From the NCBI GenBank assembly GCA_964016885.1, contig OZ024750.1, positions 46,438,001 to 46,502,000 on the forward strand: a stretch of 64,000 nt of DNA, read 5' to 3'. A program made the position numbers and the translations under genes. Positions 11,140 to 26,258 of this stretch are shown piece after piece. Positions within the stretch are counted from its first letter, which is position 1; each line of letters opens with the position of its first letter. The DNA comes from Eledone cirrhosa (lineage: Eukaryota). The notes under the pieces were generated by a model that saw only the letters and a list, made by a program, of their open reading frames with translations, ran no database searches and had not been told where the DNA came from.

Positions 11140-11785
11140 ACTTGTGCGTACATGCATGCATGCATATATATATATACACACCTGTATGGAATTGTGTGTG
11201 TAGATGTGTGAGTGTTTGAGGGGGTAGGTGTGAGTGTATGTACAATTGAACCAGCATAAACCTTCTATTTCTAAATTTTCTAAACTATCTAAGTATTGGA
11301 CTCTAACCATTATATTAAGTATTACCACCCTACTTTTTGTATGTGTGGATGTGGATGTGTGTGTGTGGGGGTGCGTGTGACTGTAGTGCAAGCCAACCTA
11401 CATAAGCCTTTTTATTTGTAAACTTTCTACTCCAACCATAATTTTTCAGTAGCACCACTCCACATAAATTCCTTTAATTTAAGAATGACCTGTAGTATCT
11501 ATTTCATACTATTAATCTTATTTGAATATATATCTGACCAAGAATGCCTTTTGTGAAAACCAGTCATGTGGAACTACTGTCATCTTGCCTGACGGTTTGA
11601 CCTTTACAAAACCACCTGCCTCTTTGAGGTCAAATACCAACCTACTACCATCTACAAACTGACCAATGAGAATCAAGACTATTCCTGCTGACAACATCAA
11701 ATTATTCCTAACAAGCTCATATGTCCCAAGGCTCTGATACGATCAACACTATAAACACAGAGCTGACATATCAAAGAACTGACTA

Positions 11786-11841
11786 ACTGCCTGATGAAGT
11801 CATAGCCATTCAATGGCTATCATCGAAATATATATAGCAGT
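11786..11841 (+). ncRNA. Minimal type I hammerhead ribozyme
   Basis: ACTGC-CTGATGA-AGTCATAGCCATTCAATGGCTATCATC-GAAA-TATAT-ATA-GCAGT. Palindromic stem III; AATAAA immediately downstream. Confidence 0.75.
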
Positions 11842-11940
11842 AAATAAAGGATTAGGAGTTCATGCAATTGACTTATGTTTCGTCACTATATATATAGATA
11901 GATAGATAGATAGATAGATAGAGAGAGGGAGCGAGAGTGA

Positions 11941-11996
<56 letters not shown>

Positions 11997-11998
11997 AG

Positions 11999-12029
<31 letters not shown>

Positions 12030-12864
12030 ACGACACAACCACACACACACTCTTGATACAACTCTGATAAATATGTTTGCACTATGTTGAAAATATATTT
12101 ATTGCTGGATGTGAAGAACTCTATAGGAATTTAGTTTTAGATGGTGATGGTGATGGTGATGGTGACGGTGATGGTGATGGTTGTGATGATGCTGGTGATG
12201 GTGGTCATGGTGATGGTGATGATGGTGATGATGATTGTGATGATGCTGGTGATGGTGTTTGTGACGAAGATGACTGTGATGGATTGTGGTGAAGATGATG
12301 GTGATGGTGATGATGATGATGATGATGATGATGATGGTTACGATGTTGGTGATGATGTTGATGATGGTGATGATGGTGAGGAATATCAAGATGATGTAAA
12401 TGATGTTGGTAATGATGATCAAGATGATGGTGATGATGAAAATGATGATTCTGATGATGAAAATGATGATGATAATGATGATGATTATAATGAAGATGTT
12501 TATGATGATGGTGATGACGATGGTGGTAGTAATGGTGGTGGTGGTGGTAGTGTTGTTGTTGTTGTTGTTGGTGGTGGTGGTTGTGGTGGAAGTGATAGAG
12601 ATAATGTTTTCTTTTATTGTTACAAGGGCAACGGGTGAAAGTAAAAACGACGCCCAGAATATTTAGTGCTTTGATATGATAAGAAATATAGGAAACAAAA
12701 CCCTAAACCCAGCCCGGGTTGTATATCGTTAATTGACAAACCCATATAAAAAGTATTAATGATGCATCTATATTCTACAGTCTATACTACAGTTTCTATA
12801 CAAAAACAAACGCAACAGTCTCTAGATCATGTATAATACGTAAGAGCTTAACAATTATATACAT

Positions 12865-13175
12865 ATATGTATGATCCCTTAACTCCTGATGGAGTCGTAT
12901 GGGCATCGTATTGGCATTCGGCAGTTTCTTCGGCATTTTTAACCCGGCGGAGCTCATCCCTCTCCAGGCAGATTTCTATCCAAGAAAGATAGAAAGTGAG
13001 GAAGCGAGATATAGGAAGAATCGACCTCAGTACTAAAATGGAATTTTTTTCATCCACATTGAAAAAATAAAAAGCAAATTTGTCCTAGGCGGGATTTGAA
13101 CTCAGATATCAGAGAAACGGATCGAATACGTTAAATCACTCTATCCGACGTTCTAACGACTCTGCCAACCACTGC
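12865..13175 (-). mobile_element. tRNA-derived SINE with a different 3' tail (second family)
   Basis: Head TGGCAGAGTCGTTAGA and GAGTTCAAATCC. Tail homologous to 43460-43640 and 60245-60370. Confidence 0.7.
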
Positions 13176-13324
13176 TTGTAAACAGTTCTATAACATAACT
13201 TTCAATCACCACTAATACTACAACACTCCACATATTGTACAAAAGTTTTTCACGATAACATAAATCAACGTACACATCATATAACCAACACGATCTTTTA
13301 CCTATAATAAGATACAAACTACAA

Positions 13325-14235
13325 ATACATATTCTACAGTATCACCCCCCCCCCCCAGTACTACAGCACAACCTACACAACACATATTCTACAGTATCAC
13401 CCCCCCCCCAGTACTATAGCACAACATACACAACACATATTCCAGAGTATCACCACCCAGTACTATAGCACAACATACACAACGCATATTCTACAGTATC
13501 ACGACCCAGTACTATATCACAACCTACACAACACATATTCTACAGTATCATCACCCAGTACTATAGCACAAAGTACACAACACTAATTAGCTACAATCAC
13601 TTCTCTATAACACAACACAACCTACACAACACATATTCTGCAGTATCACCACTCAATACTACAACACAACCTACACAACACATATTCTGCAGTATCACCA
13701 CTCAATACTACAACACAACCTACACAACACATATTCTGCAGTATCACCACTCAATACTACAACACAACCTACACAACACATATTCTGCAGTATCACCACT
13801 CAATACTACAACACAACCTACACAACACATATTCTGCAGTATCACCACTCAATACTACAACACAACCTACACAACACATATTCTGCAGTATCACCACTCA
13901 ATACTACAACACAATCTACACAACACATATTTTACGTGTAATAAACTCCCAATGCTATAGCACAACCTACACAACACACATTCTACAGTATTACCCCCAG
14001 TACTACAACACAACCTACACAACACATATTCTACAGTATCAGCACCCAGTACTACAACACAACCTACACAACACATATTCTACAGTATCCCCCTCCCCCG
14101 GTACTACAGCACAACCTACACAACACATATTAGAATATGCACCCAATACAATAGCACAACCTAGACAACACATATTCTACGTGTAATCAACTCCCAATAC
14201 TATAAACATATGTCACAACACATATTATACAGAAT
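13325..14235. repeat. ~49-bp minisatellite A
   Basis: Unit CATATTCTGCAGTATCACCACTCAATACTACAACACAACCTACACAACA; period 49 at 13681/13730. Confidence 0.95.
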
Positions 14236-14489
14236 CACTTCATAACACTTCAACACAGCGTACACAGCTGAAAGATTCATAAGCTGACCAAGTTACTTTC
14301 ATGGCATGGCCAAATGAGGTTTATGTTCAACGTAGTCCCTGTAAAGAAACAATGCAGTTATTCATAGGAAGAGGCAATATTAATGCCTGCAAGATTTCGC
14401 AGCGCTAGCATCACTCCTCCATAATCAGCTTATGAACTTCTGACTACCCTCGTATAGTTAGCTATACTATGATATATCCTACACTGTAT

Positions 14490-16602
14490 ATGGTTAACTG
14501 AATTACCTCCCAATACTACAACACAAACTACACAACACATGGTCAACAGAGTCACTTCCCAATACTACAACACAAACTACACAACACATGGTCAATTGAA
14601 TTACCTCCCAATACTACAACACAAACTACACACCACATGGTCAAATGAATTACCTCCCAATACTACAACACAAACTACACAACACATGGTCAACAGAGTT
14701 ACCTCCCATACTACAACACAAACTACACAACACATGGTCAATTGAATTACCTCCCAATACTACAACACAAACTACACAACACATGGTCAATATAATTACC
14801 TCCCATACTACAACACAAACTACACAACACATGGTCAATTGAATTACCTCCCATACTACAACACAAACTACACAACACATGGTCAATTGAATTACCTCCC
14901 AATACTACAACACAAACTACACACCACATGGTCAATTGAATTACCTCCCATACTAAAACACAAACTACACAACACATGGTCAACAGAGTTACCTCCCATA
15001 CTACAACACAAACTACACACCAGATGGTCAATTGAATTACCTCCCAATACTACAACACAAACTACACACCACATGGTCAAATGAATTACCTCCCAATAAT
15101 ACAACACAAACTACACAACACATGGTCAACAGAGTTACCTCCCATACTACAACACAAACTACACAACACATGGTCAATTGAATTACCTCCCATACTACAA
15201 CACAAACTACACACCACATGGTCAATATAATTACCTCCCATACTAAAACACAAACTACACAACACATGGTCAACAGAGTTACCTCCCATACTACAACACA
15301 AACTACACACCACATGGTCAATTGAATTACCTCCCATACTACAACACAAACTACACACCACATGGTCAACAGAGTTACCTCCCATACTACAACACAAACT
15401 ACACACCACATGGTCAATTGAATTACCTCCCAATACTACAACACAAACTACACAACACATGGTCAATATAATTACCTCCCATACTACAACACAAACTACA
15501 CACCACATGGTCAATTGAATTACCTCCCATACTACAACACAAACTACACACCACATGGTCAACAGAGTTACCTCCCATACTACAACACAAACTACACACC
15601 ACATGGTCAATTGAATTACCTCCCATACTACAACACAAACTACACACCAGATGGTCAACAGAGTTACCTCCCATACTACAACACAAACTACACACCACAT
15701 GGTCAATTGAATTACCTCCCATACTACAACACAAACTACACAACACATGGTCAATTGAATTACCTCCCAATACTACAACACAAACTACACACCACATGGT
15801 CAATTGAATTACCTCCCATACTAAAACACAAACTACACAACACATGGTCAATTGAATTACCTCCCATACTACAACACAAACTACACACCACATGGTCAAT
15901 TGAATTACCTCCCATACTACAACACAAACTACACACCACATGGTCAACAGAGTTACCTCCCATACTACAACACAAACTACACACCACATGGTCAATTGAA
16001 TTACCTCCCATACTACAACACAAACTACACACCAGATGGTCAACAGAGTTACCTCCCATACTACAACACAAACTACACACCACATGGTCAATTGAATTAC
16101 CTCCCATACTACAACACAAACTACACACCACATGGTCAATTGAATTACCTCCCAATACTACAACACAAACTACACACCACATGGTCAATTGAATTACCTC
16201 CCAATACTACAACACAAACTACACAACACATGGTCAATTGAATTACCTCCCAATACTACAACACAAACTACACACCACATGGTCAATTGAATTACCTCCC
16301 ATACTACAACACAAACTACACACCACATGGTCAATTGAATTACCTCCCAATACTACAACACAAACTACACAACACATGGTCAATATAATTACCTCCCATA
16401 CTACAACACAAACTACACAACACATGGTCAATTGAATTACCTCCCATACTAAAACACAAACTACACAACACATGGTCAACAGAGTTACCTCCCATACTAC
16501 AACACAAACTACACAACACATGGTCAATTGAATTACCTCCCAATACTACAACACAAACTACACACCAGATGGTCAATTGAATTACCTCCCAATACTACAA
16601 CA
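14490..16602. repeat. 48/49-bp minisatellite B, about 43 units
   Basis: Unit CATGGTCAATTGAATTACCTCCC(A)ATACTACAACACAAACTACACAACA with recurring variants. Confidence 0.97.
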
Positions 16603-17745
16603 ACTTTCACACATCACTTATTCTACACATACTTCCTATACTATAAAACAACATACACGCAGCACATACTCTACGCAGACACTTCCCTATACTATAACAT
16701 AATATACACAACAATATGTATATATAACATCCTTTATATGTATATATATGTATATATAACATCCTTTTGTTGACGCAGCAGACGAAGTTGTTAAAACGTA
16801 GTACAAAATGACCTGCGGTATTTGTTCCGAGAGTCCTGTGCTCTGATTTCAATCCCGCCAAGATTAAGTTTCTTTCGGAGCCATTAATAATAATAAAAAA
16901 AAAGTACTCCTCTAAATTGGTAGATTTATGGAACAGCTAGAGCATCTGATAAGATAGATGCATTGTAGTTTTTCTTCTCCAGCCTGGTTTAATACTCTGC
17001 CTTTGGTGATGTCAACTTTATTGCAATCATTTGGACAGACCAATCGTGGTTATTTTCCTGCCTCCCTGCTACAAACATCAGTGGCCCAGAAAATGATCAT
17101 GGCCACTACTCCATCATTCTCTTGACTAAATATAAAATACTGCAGCGATAGAAAAAACACTTGCACAAGTTAGATTAAACAAGAAAAACGTGGTTACCAA
17201 AGAAGCAAACATGTTATGAACAATTCTATGCTTGCACCTATTCACTACACATCTCAGTGCTTAGAAGATGAAAAATGGCAAATCTTTATGTTTGAATGTA
17301 GGTACCGTTCCTTCTATGATAAAAAAAATTGGAAAAAAAACAAAAAACTTTCATGAGATTAAAGAACTTCAATGTTTTTGTTGCGGAGAAAAGAAAAGAA
17401 AAATATTCCTTCACGAACATATTCCTGGAGATTTAGTTTTCATTTTCATTAATTCATTTTTTGTGGGGGTTGGGGTCATTTATTTATTCATTTGTTGTGT
17501 ATCTTGGCTCCATCTTTCTATATTTCTACTCCATCCCTCTTCTTATTTACATCTTTGCAGCCAGGCAGGTGGTCGGTGTGTAAATAATAAAGATATCAAC
17601 ATATATACCGAGAGGCAAAAGCAACGTACACGAAACTCTTAGCATACTGTATGAAAGTATGTATCGAAAACATGTATATTTCTATGTTTATATGTAATAC
17701 ATATGTGTGCATATATATACGTATATATATACGTATATATATATA

Positions 17746-17872
<127 letters not shown>

Positions 17873-18033
17873 ATATATATATATATACATATACACCCAT
17901 GTGTATACATATGTACGATCATTTTAATACTATATGCATATACATATATCTACACACACACACATATGTATAAGTGTATATATTCACATATGTGTGAGTA
18001 CAACTAAATGCATAGACCCACAAAGATATATAT

Positions 18034-18114
<81 letters not shown>

Positions 18115-18958
18115 AGTGTGTGTGCACACATCACTCAATCTAACGTATAAATAATAACAACAGCAAAAGCACCAACAAGATCAACAACAATACTAACAAT
18201 AAAAAAAACATCAACAACAAAAGGGTAATCAATATATAATCGATATATCGTTTACTCTGCAAAACATATAGCTTTGGGTTCGGCTCGTTTTACAGACGTA
18301 GTATATATAATTATATAAAACTAAGACACACAGAAGTTAGACGTTAGATGTTATGTTAGGAACTATGACAACATATTGCAATGAGAGTGGTAGTGGGAGT
18401 AGATATCATGACAAAGGGAGGATGAGAGGGGACCAGGAATCGGTGGAAGATGAAGAAGAAGGTATAGGGAGGATGAAATGGTGGGAGGAAGAGGAGGCGG
18501 ATGAAGGGGAAAAGAAGAGAGTGTATGTGTGAGAAGGTGGTTTACTTGTAAAAAAAAAAAACATAAAAAAAAACGTGTTTATCGGAAACTTTAAAATGGG
18601 TCCGATGTTCTGAGTAGGAGAAAAGTTGAGGAAGGAAGAGGAAAAGGATGGCGGATGAGGCTGAGGTGGAAGGAATTGGTGGGAAGGGGAGGGGTAAGGG
18701 TGAAGTAAGAAGAAGGATAACAATTAGAGGGTTTGGTTTTGAAAATGGCGTCTTTATTGACAACATATTGAAATGGGAGTGGTGACTGGAGTTTAAAGAC
18801 GAATGATGTTCTTGTTATTGCTGATGATGATGATGGGAATGATCTAAAGGAAAAGGAGGGAGAAGGACGAAGGGATGTGAATTAGGAGAAGGGGAAGGAG
18901 AAGGAGTAGAAGGAGAGAAGAAGGGGGAATTTAAGGGACGTGGAAGATGTGAGGGGGA

Positions 18959-18994
<36 letters not shown>

Positions 18995-19336
18995 ATATAT
19001 GATGATGATGATGATGTATATGATGATGATGATGAGGATGAGGAGCAGGAAGGGGAGGAAGGGGAAGGTAAGGAGGAGGAAGAAGGGGAGGTGATTCAAG
19101 TGATGAGGAGGGATGATGATGTTGATGATGATGATGATGATGATGATGATGAGGCGGAGTAGGAGACGGTGTGGTACTAAAGAGGGCCTAACGTCGTGTA
19201 GTAGTTGTGGACAGGCGGATGGAAGAGAAGGTATGGTGATGATGATGATGATGATGATGATGAGGAGGAAGGAAGGAAGGAAGGAAGGAAGGAAGGAAGG
19301 AAGGAAGGAAGGAAGGAAGGAAGAAGGCGGAGAGTG

Positions 19337-19374
<38 letters not shown>

Positions 19375-20184
19375 GCGGTGGGGAAGGAGGAGGAGGAGTT
19401 TGAGGGTGAGGATGGACAAGGGTGAAGGAGGAGGAAATGCGGATGAACAGAGGAAAGGATGATGATGATGATGATTATAACGATGCTGAGGACGGAGGAG
19501 GTAGTGAAGGAGAAGGAAGAGAAAGAGAAGGAGTAGAAGGTGGAAGAGGAGGAGGAGGAGATGAGGGGGCGGGGGAGAGGAGAAGGATGAGGACGGAGAA
19601 GGATAGAAGTGGATGAAAGGGAAGTGGTTTAGTCGTGAAAATTTATGTTTTATTGAATTTCGTTAAAATTATTCTAAACTTTTATACTAAAATTTATTTC
19701 TATTTTCTAAATTCTCTAAGGTACTTACAACAGCTGAATGAGATTCTAGACTTTATTATCTGAAAAATATCTGAAAATGTAATCTTATTTTTGGGACTTA
19801 AATTAAAAATTGCAAATCAATTTATCAATTTGCGGTTATATTTGTTGATTATTTTGTTTGCAATTATTTCTTGTTTGATTTTTTTTTATTGGTTTGCTTT
19901 ATTTTCGTTGTTGTTTTTTTTTTTTATATTTTTTAGAAATTAATGCAGTGTAGAAGATTCATGCGTAAAGATAGGTGCACGCGTTTGGAAAATATATACA
20001 CACCGATACAGCTAGCTACACAAACACAACTGTAGAGATACTGAAATGCGCCGCCCCGCCATCATATATATATAAATATATTAGATATATATACGCACAC
20101 ACAGGCACACATATATTCACTTACATATATTCATATCTACACACACACACACGTATATAATTATATATATATGTGTGTAAGTGA

Positions 20185-20232
<48 letters not shown>

Positions 20233-20421
20233 GTGGACAGACGTACATGCACACTCAATTGAGCATATAAACATACACCCACACACATACACGTGTAATA
20301 TATATACTATATACATATATACATATATATGTATGTAAAGATATATATACATATATACATATATATATATATTTATATGCATATATATCTTTATATACAT
20401 ATATATGTACATATACATATA

Positions 20422-20494
<73 letters not shown>

Positions 20495-20495
20495 T

Positions 20496-20570
<75 letters not shown>

Positions 20571-20587
20571 GTATGTATATATATGTA

Positions 20588-20632
<45 letters not shown>

Positions 20633-20682
20633 GTATATATATATGTATATGTACATATATATGTATATAAAGATATATATGC

Positions 20683-20800
<118 letters not shown>

Positions 20801-20878
20801 ATATATATCTTTATATACATATATATGTATATAGTATATATGTATATACATATATATGTATATAGTATATATGTATAC

Positions 20879-20949
<71 letters not shown>

Positions 20950-21389
20950 CACGTGTATGTGTGTGCGTGTATGTTTATATGCTCAATTGAGTGTGCCTGT
21001 ACGTCTGTCCACGTGTGTGTGTGCGTAATATGGGCGTACACAGAATTCCTCTTAAAATTCTTCATAACGGTCGTAAGAACTACAGAATGCCGGTTAAGTC
21101 ATCGATCTTGAAATAAACTTTATATATATCGATTTTACACATAGGCGCCGGGACTTAAATATGCGGGATGTTTATAAGCTACGATAATGACCTCAGTATA
21201 TTACCAGCACTTTATTTTATCAACACTAGAAGGAGCAAAAGCCAAGTTGACTTCCCTGGGATTAAGCTTCAGAGCCTAAATATCGTTATCGCCTAACCAT
21301 CACTAACAATCCACAAAACACAACACACTGATGTCTCACTTTCCTTCTACATGCCACATCAATCGTTCAAGATTGATGTGCTTCTCTAG

Positions 21390-21736
21390 CTATATTTATA
21401 ATGCACAATTTTGGCATGTGGTTAGAATATCGCAGGAAAGATGCGCTGGACAGATTTTGTGGGAAAAAACCAACCGGCAGAAGACCAAATGTGTAGATCC
21501 CGATCAAGATGATTGGATAGCATCCATGAACCCGACTGGTCTCACTTGGGGGAACCTGCGGATCGGTTGGTAAGGATTGCTTCTGACAGGACTGGTTGGA
21601 TGGAGTGTCTGTGGACTCTGCCTTCTTGACACTCTCCAGAAAAGGAAGAAGAAGAAGAAGAAGAAGAAGAAGAAGAAAAAGAAGAAGAAGAAGAAGAAGA
21701 AGAAGAAGAAGAAGAAGAAGAAGAAGAAAAAAAGAA

Positions 21737-21769
<33 letters not shown>

Positions 21770-21782
21770 AGAAAAAGAAGAA

Positions 21783-21817
<35 letters not shown>

Positions 21818-21856
21818 AAAAAAAGAAGAAGAAGAAGAAGAAGAAGAAGAAAGAAA

Positions 21857-21900
<44 letters not shown>

Positions 21901-21929
21901 AATAATAATAATAATAATAAGAAGAAGAA

Positions 21930-21967
<38 letters not shown>

Positions 21968-22163
21968 AGAAGAAGAAGAAGAAGAAGAAGAAGAAGAAGA
22001 AGAAGAAGAAGAAGAAGAAGAAGAAGAAGAAGAAGAAGACGACAACGACGACGACGAAGAAGAAGAAGAAGAAGAAGAAGAAGAAGAAGAAGAAGAAGAA
22101 GAAGAAGAAGAAGAAGACGACGACGACGACGACGACGAAGAAGAAGAAGAAGAAGAAGAAGAA
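21390..22163 (+). mobile_element. Decayed RTE-like 3' end with hyper-expanded (AAG)n/(ACG)n tail
   Basis: Remnant FWHVVR-type motif followed by about 520 bp of trinucleotide repeat. Confidence 0.5.
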
Positions 22164-22500
22164 GTGTTCAGGATTTTAGAAATATCTTCTTTATATTTAC
22201 AGTTTCACGTTTAGGGTTACTTGTATTACTGTCTCATAACATCAACAGCTCAATCGAATGTTACTGTATTACTATATATATCTCTGCCATGTTGGAGTTT
22301 CAGAGCTTTTCCTTTCAAATATATATTTTTTGCATCTATGTCTCTTGATTGGTAGTAAATGCATGCAATTACGCAAAACACACACACACACACACACACA
22401 CATACATATATGTATATATATATGCACACACAAACACATATCTATATATTATATTATGAAATACTGTTGGCTTCTTGCTCACATTAATTTCTCTATTTTC

Positions 22501-22569
<69 letters not shown>

Positions 22570-22571
22570 CA

Positions 22572-22774
<203 letters not shown>

Positions 22775-22874
22775 TATTTTATGAACATAAATAAATAATA
22801 TAATATTTCTGATCTCTTCCTGATTGCGCACTGTTTTCTCTTTCCTTTTCACATCTACGGATGTTGCTACATGT

Positions 22875-22906
<32 letters not shown>

Positions 22907-23574
22907 ACACACACACACACGTACACACATATATATATATATACATATGTTTGGGTTTACGTATGTGTATATGTACATGTGCGTGTGTGTGTGTGCATGT
23001 ATATATATATATATATATATTCTTCCTCTTGACCCATTTATTCCTGGGAGGTTTATGTGGGCAGAATGCTCAGACACGCCTTGATGGAGGTTTATTCAGA
23101 AGCAACTCACTCCAAATGATCTGCATGTGTGACAACCAAAGCTCACAGATATTAACCAACCATCTCTCTCTTGATCTACTTCTGGGTCTTATACCCGTTG
23201 AATTTGTTCGTAAACTACGTCCAGCTATACGATATTATAACCATGTGCTAAGTAGTGGAGCTATCTCTCACCTCGGAGAAATAACAGCTCTATCTCAAAC
23301 AATTCCCTGATGTCCAAGCTACGCAGCATATGCAGTAACGTTGCTCGAAAGATCCTTCGGAAGATCACTATTTCGGGTGCTTGTACGACCACCAATTTGA
23401 AGATAGAAAGTTCGGCTCTGACAACTAGTTCTCTGTCATGAAGACATTACCAGAACAAAGATATATATATATATATAAAGCGATGAAATGCCTGGGACGG
23501 TTGGAGGGTCACTGATGAAGGACTTACTTTTTCATATGCACCACCATTTGCAACGCGCAGCCATCATTATTATC

Positions 23575-23605
<31 letters not shown>

Positions 23606-23651
23606 AAGTGGGAAGAATAACATGGCCAACAGTACAAAAAGGGCTTAATTT

Positions 23652-23766
23652 ACAGTATTAACAATTGTTTCATTGATTAAGTTGTCTAAAAAATGCTAAT
23701 CACTTGAAGTTGCGTCACTCAATTTTAAATACAATGTATGCTTAACCAAATCATCAGAAAAACTGT
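23652..23766 (-). ncRNA. Hammerhead candidate with enlarged stem II (family E)
   Basis: Minus strand ACAGTTTTT-CTGATGA-(~80 nt)-GAAA-CAATT-GTT-AATACTGT. The homologue at 60880-61029 keeps GAAACAATTGTA-AGACTGT. Confidence 0.5.
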
Positions 23767-23910
23767 TTAAAATTATACACGGTGTTTGTAGAAAATTCAA
23801 ATTATAACATCAATAATAAAGAAAGATAAAGAGTATTCACAACCTCTAACTGGATTACCTATAACGATAATTTGTTATACTATATATATATATATATATA
23901 TATAGTAATA

Positions 23911-24092
23911 ATTGTTTCTACTTTAGGCACAAGGCCAGCAAATACCCAGTGCATTACTGGTACTTTATTTGATCGACCCCGTAAGGATGAAAGGCAAAGT
24001 CAACCTCGGTGGGATTTGAACTCAGATCGTAAAGGGACGTAACTATGCTGGAGAGCATGGCGTCCGACCCTCTACCGATACTGCCAATCCAC
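23911..24092 (-). mobile_element. SINE copy, nearly identical to 503-684
   Basis: Direct sequence match over the full length. Confidence 0.88.
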
Positions 24093-24294
24093 CCTTGCCA
24101 ATCCACTATATATATAGTAATAATAATAATATTTATACTTATATATGGTTTATATATAATTATAAATACGGAGGGTAGTAGTAAGCGCTAGCCTATTACC
24201 AGTAAGAGAAAAGGCTCAATGTAAATAATCAAATGTATTACAAAGCCAAGATACAAAATATAAAACATTCAAAAGTTAGTTTAATACATTTAAT

Positions 24295-24342
24295 TGCTGA
24301 CAATTGTTTCTTCCAGAGGAATGTCTGTGTTCATCGGAGCAT
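24295..24342 (-). ncRNA. Hammerhead variant (CCGATGA core)
   Basis: Minus strand TGCT-CCGATGA-ACACAGACATTCCTCTGGAA-GAAA-CAATT-GTC-AGCA. Palindromic stem III ACAATTGT. Confidence 0.55.
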
Positions 24343-24480
24343 ACACAATCTTTAAACAGGTAATTAAAATCCTTCAGAACATTTATATAGATACATAACT
24401 ATTAACAGTGTCAGTGACATCATATAGAAAAGCAGGAGTTACAATAACATGTTATGCTACAGAAATCACAGTATAAGGAG

Positions 24481-24580
<100 letters not shown>

Positions 24581-24831
24581 AATTTTAAAAGTCAAGACAG
24601 TGCAAACAGGAGGGAGAAAGTAATAAGACGAAACGTGGTGTTATGTGTTACCTCATTTATTTGTCCTGATATTTTGAGATTAAATCTCTTCATCGGAGGT
24701 ATATAACAAGTGACCTGTCCAGAATCGGTAAACATGCTATGTCATGACGTAGTTCATCCATTCTGAATTGTCGTGGCCTCCAAACTTCATATTTATATAT
24801 AACATACACGATGCTTCAAGCAAACTACAAC

Positions 24832-24990
<159 letters not shown>

Positions 24991-25261
24991 GTATGTGTGT
25001 TTGTGTGTGTGTGTAGATACATACATACAGACACAGAGAGAGAGATTAGGCATGTAATATGTGTATATACACATGTATAGAAGCAGAAACATTTGTATAT
25101 GTACACATATAACTCAAAACATACAGATCCACGCATGCAATAACACCCGATAATACACACACACACATACATACGCACACACACACATTTACACACACTT
25201 ACACACTTACAGACACACATACATTTACACACACTTACACACTTACACATACACATATATA

Positions 25262-25419
25262 CATATTTACCTAGTTAGTGTCTAAATTCCAATGAAAGAG
25301 TTTTGTTCTATGTTGGAAACCATCTCTCTCTCTTCCCCTCTCTCTCTTTCTTTCTCTCTCTTCCCCCCCCTCTCTCTTTCTATAGGTAAAAATTAATAAA
25401 AATATGAGATCAGAAAAAC
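25262..25419 (+). mobile_element. 3' UTR fragment of the same R4/Dong-like family
   Basis: ACCTAGTT..AAATTCCAATGA..GAGT..TTGT..CTATGTTGGAAACC matches 29417-29473 and is again followed by (CATA)n. Confidence 0.7.
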
Positions 25420-25644
25420 ATACATACACACATACCTATATACATACATATATGCATACATACATCATCACATACCCAAACACATACATGCATACATACA
25501 TGCATGTATTCATACATACATGCATGTATTCATACATGCATACATAAATACATGCATGCATACATACATACATGATGGCTGTCCCCTCGTTATCGAGTAT
25601 GGCCATTGCACGAACAAAAAAAAACAAACATACATATATACATA

Positions 25645-26047
25645 CATGGTGGCTGCCAACTCGTTTTCGAGTACGGCCACTACTTTATATCCATGTAGGA
25701 GAACCCCTACCGATGTGCTGAACGAGTGTGACTTTTTAGTCCAGCCAGCGACTTGAAAACTCTGGTACAAACACTACACTTGTGACAATTATTGACACAT
25801 AGTGCTGGGCCCATGGTACCATGTGATGACAAGTGCAGAGAGATCTCCAGATATAAAGCAATGCCTGTGCCGTGAAGCTTTTATAGTGAGCAAAGGCACT
25901 GCACAAAGCCAGTCCCACCCTCTTAACCAAGATGATATTTACCAAAAAGAAGAACAAGTCAACATCATTGGATACCATCAGGGTTGCAGGTGTTATATCA
26001 GAGTTTTCCTTCTCCTAGAATTCTGCCTTGACAAAGGCTAAGGAGTC
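25645..26047 (-). mobile_element. Second, 5'-truncated copy of the RTE-derived element
   Basis: Reverse complement of about 45021-45417; ORFs 25802-26041 and 45022-45261 are almost identical. Flanked by (CATA)n. Confidence 0.75.
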
Positions 26048-26199
26048 ATACATACATACATACATACATACATACATACATACATACATACTTTCATACA
26101 TACATGCATACATACCTACATACTTTCATACATACATACCTGCATACATGCATGCATACATATATACATGCATACATACATGCATACATACATATACAC

Positions 26200-26230
<31 letters not shown>

Positions 26231-26258
26231 CATACATACATACATACATACATACATA

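Noticed and set aside
12451-12457. CTGATGA words at 12451, 18821, 52688 and 36323
   Set aside because: They lie in (GAT)n repeats or transposase-derived sequence with no matching stems.
14490-16602. CRISPR-like regular array, and repeat ORFs within it
   Set aside because: No unique spacers, whole units repeat, no cas genes, eukaryotic context.
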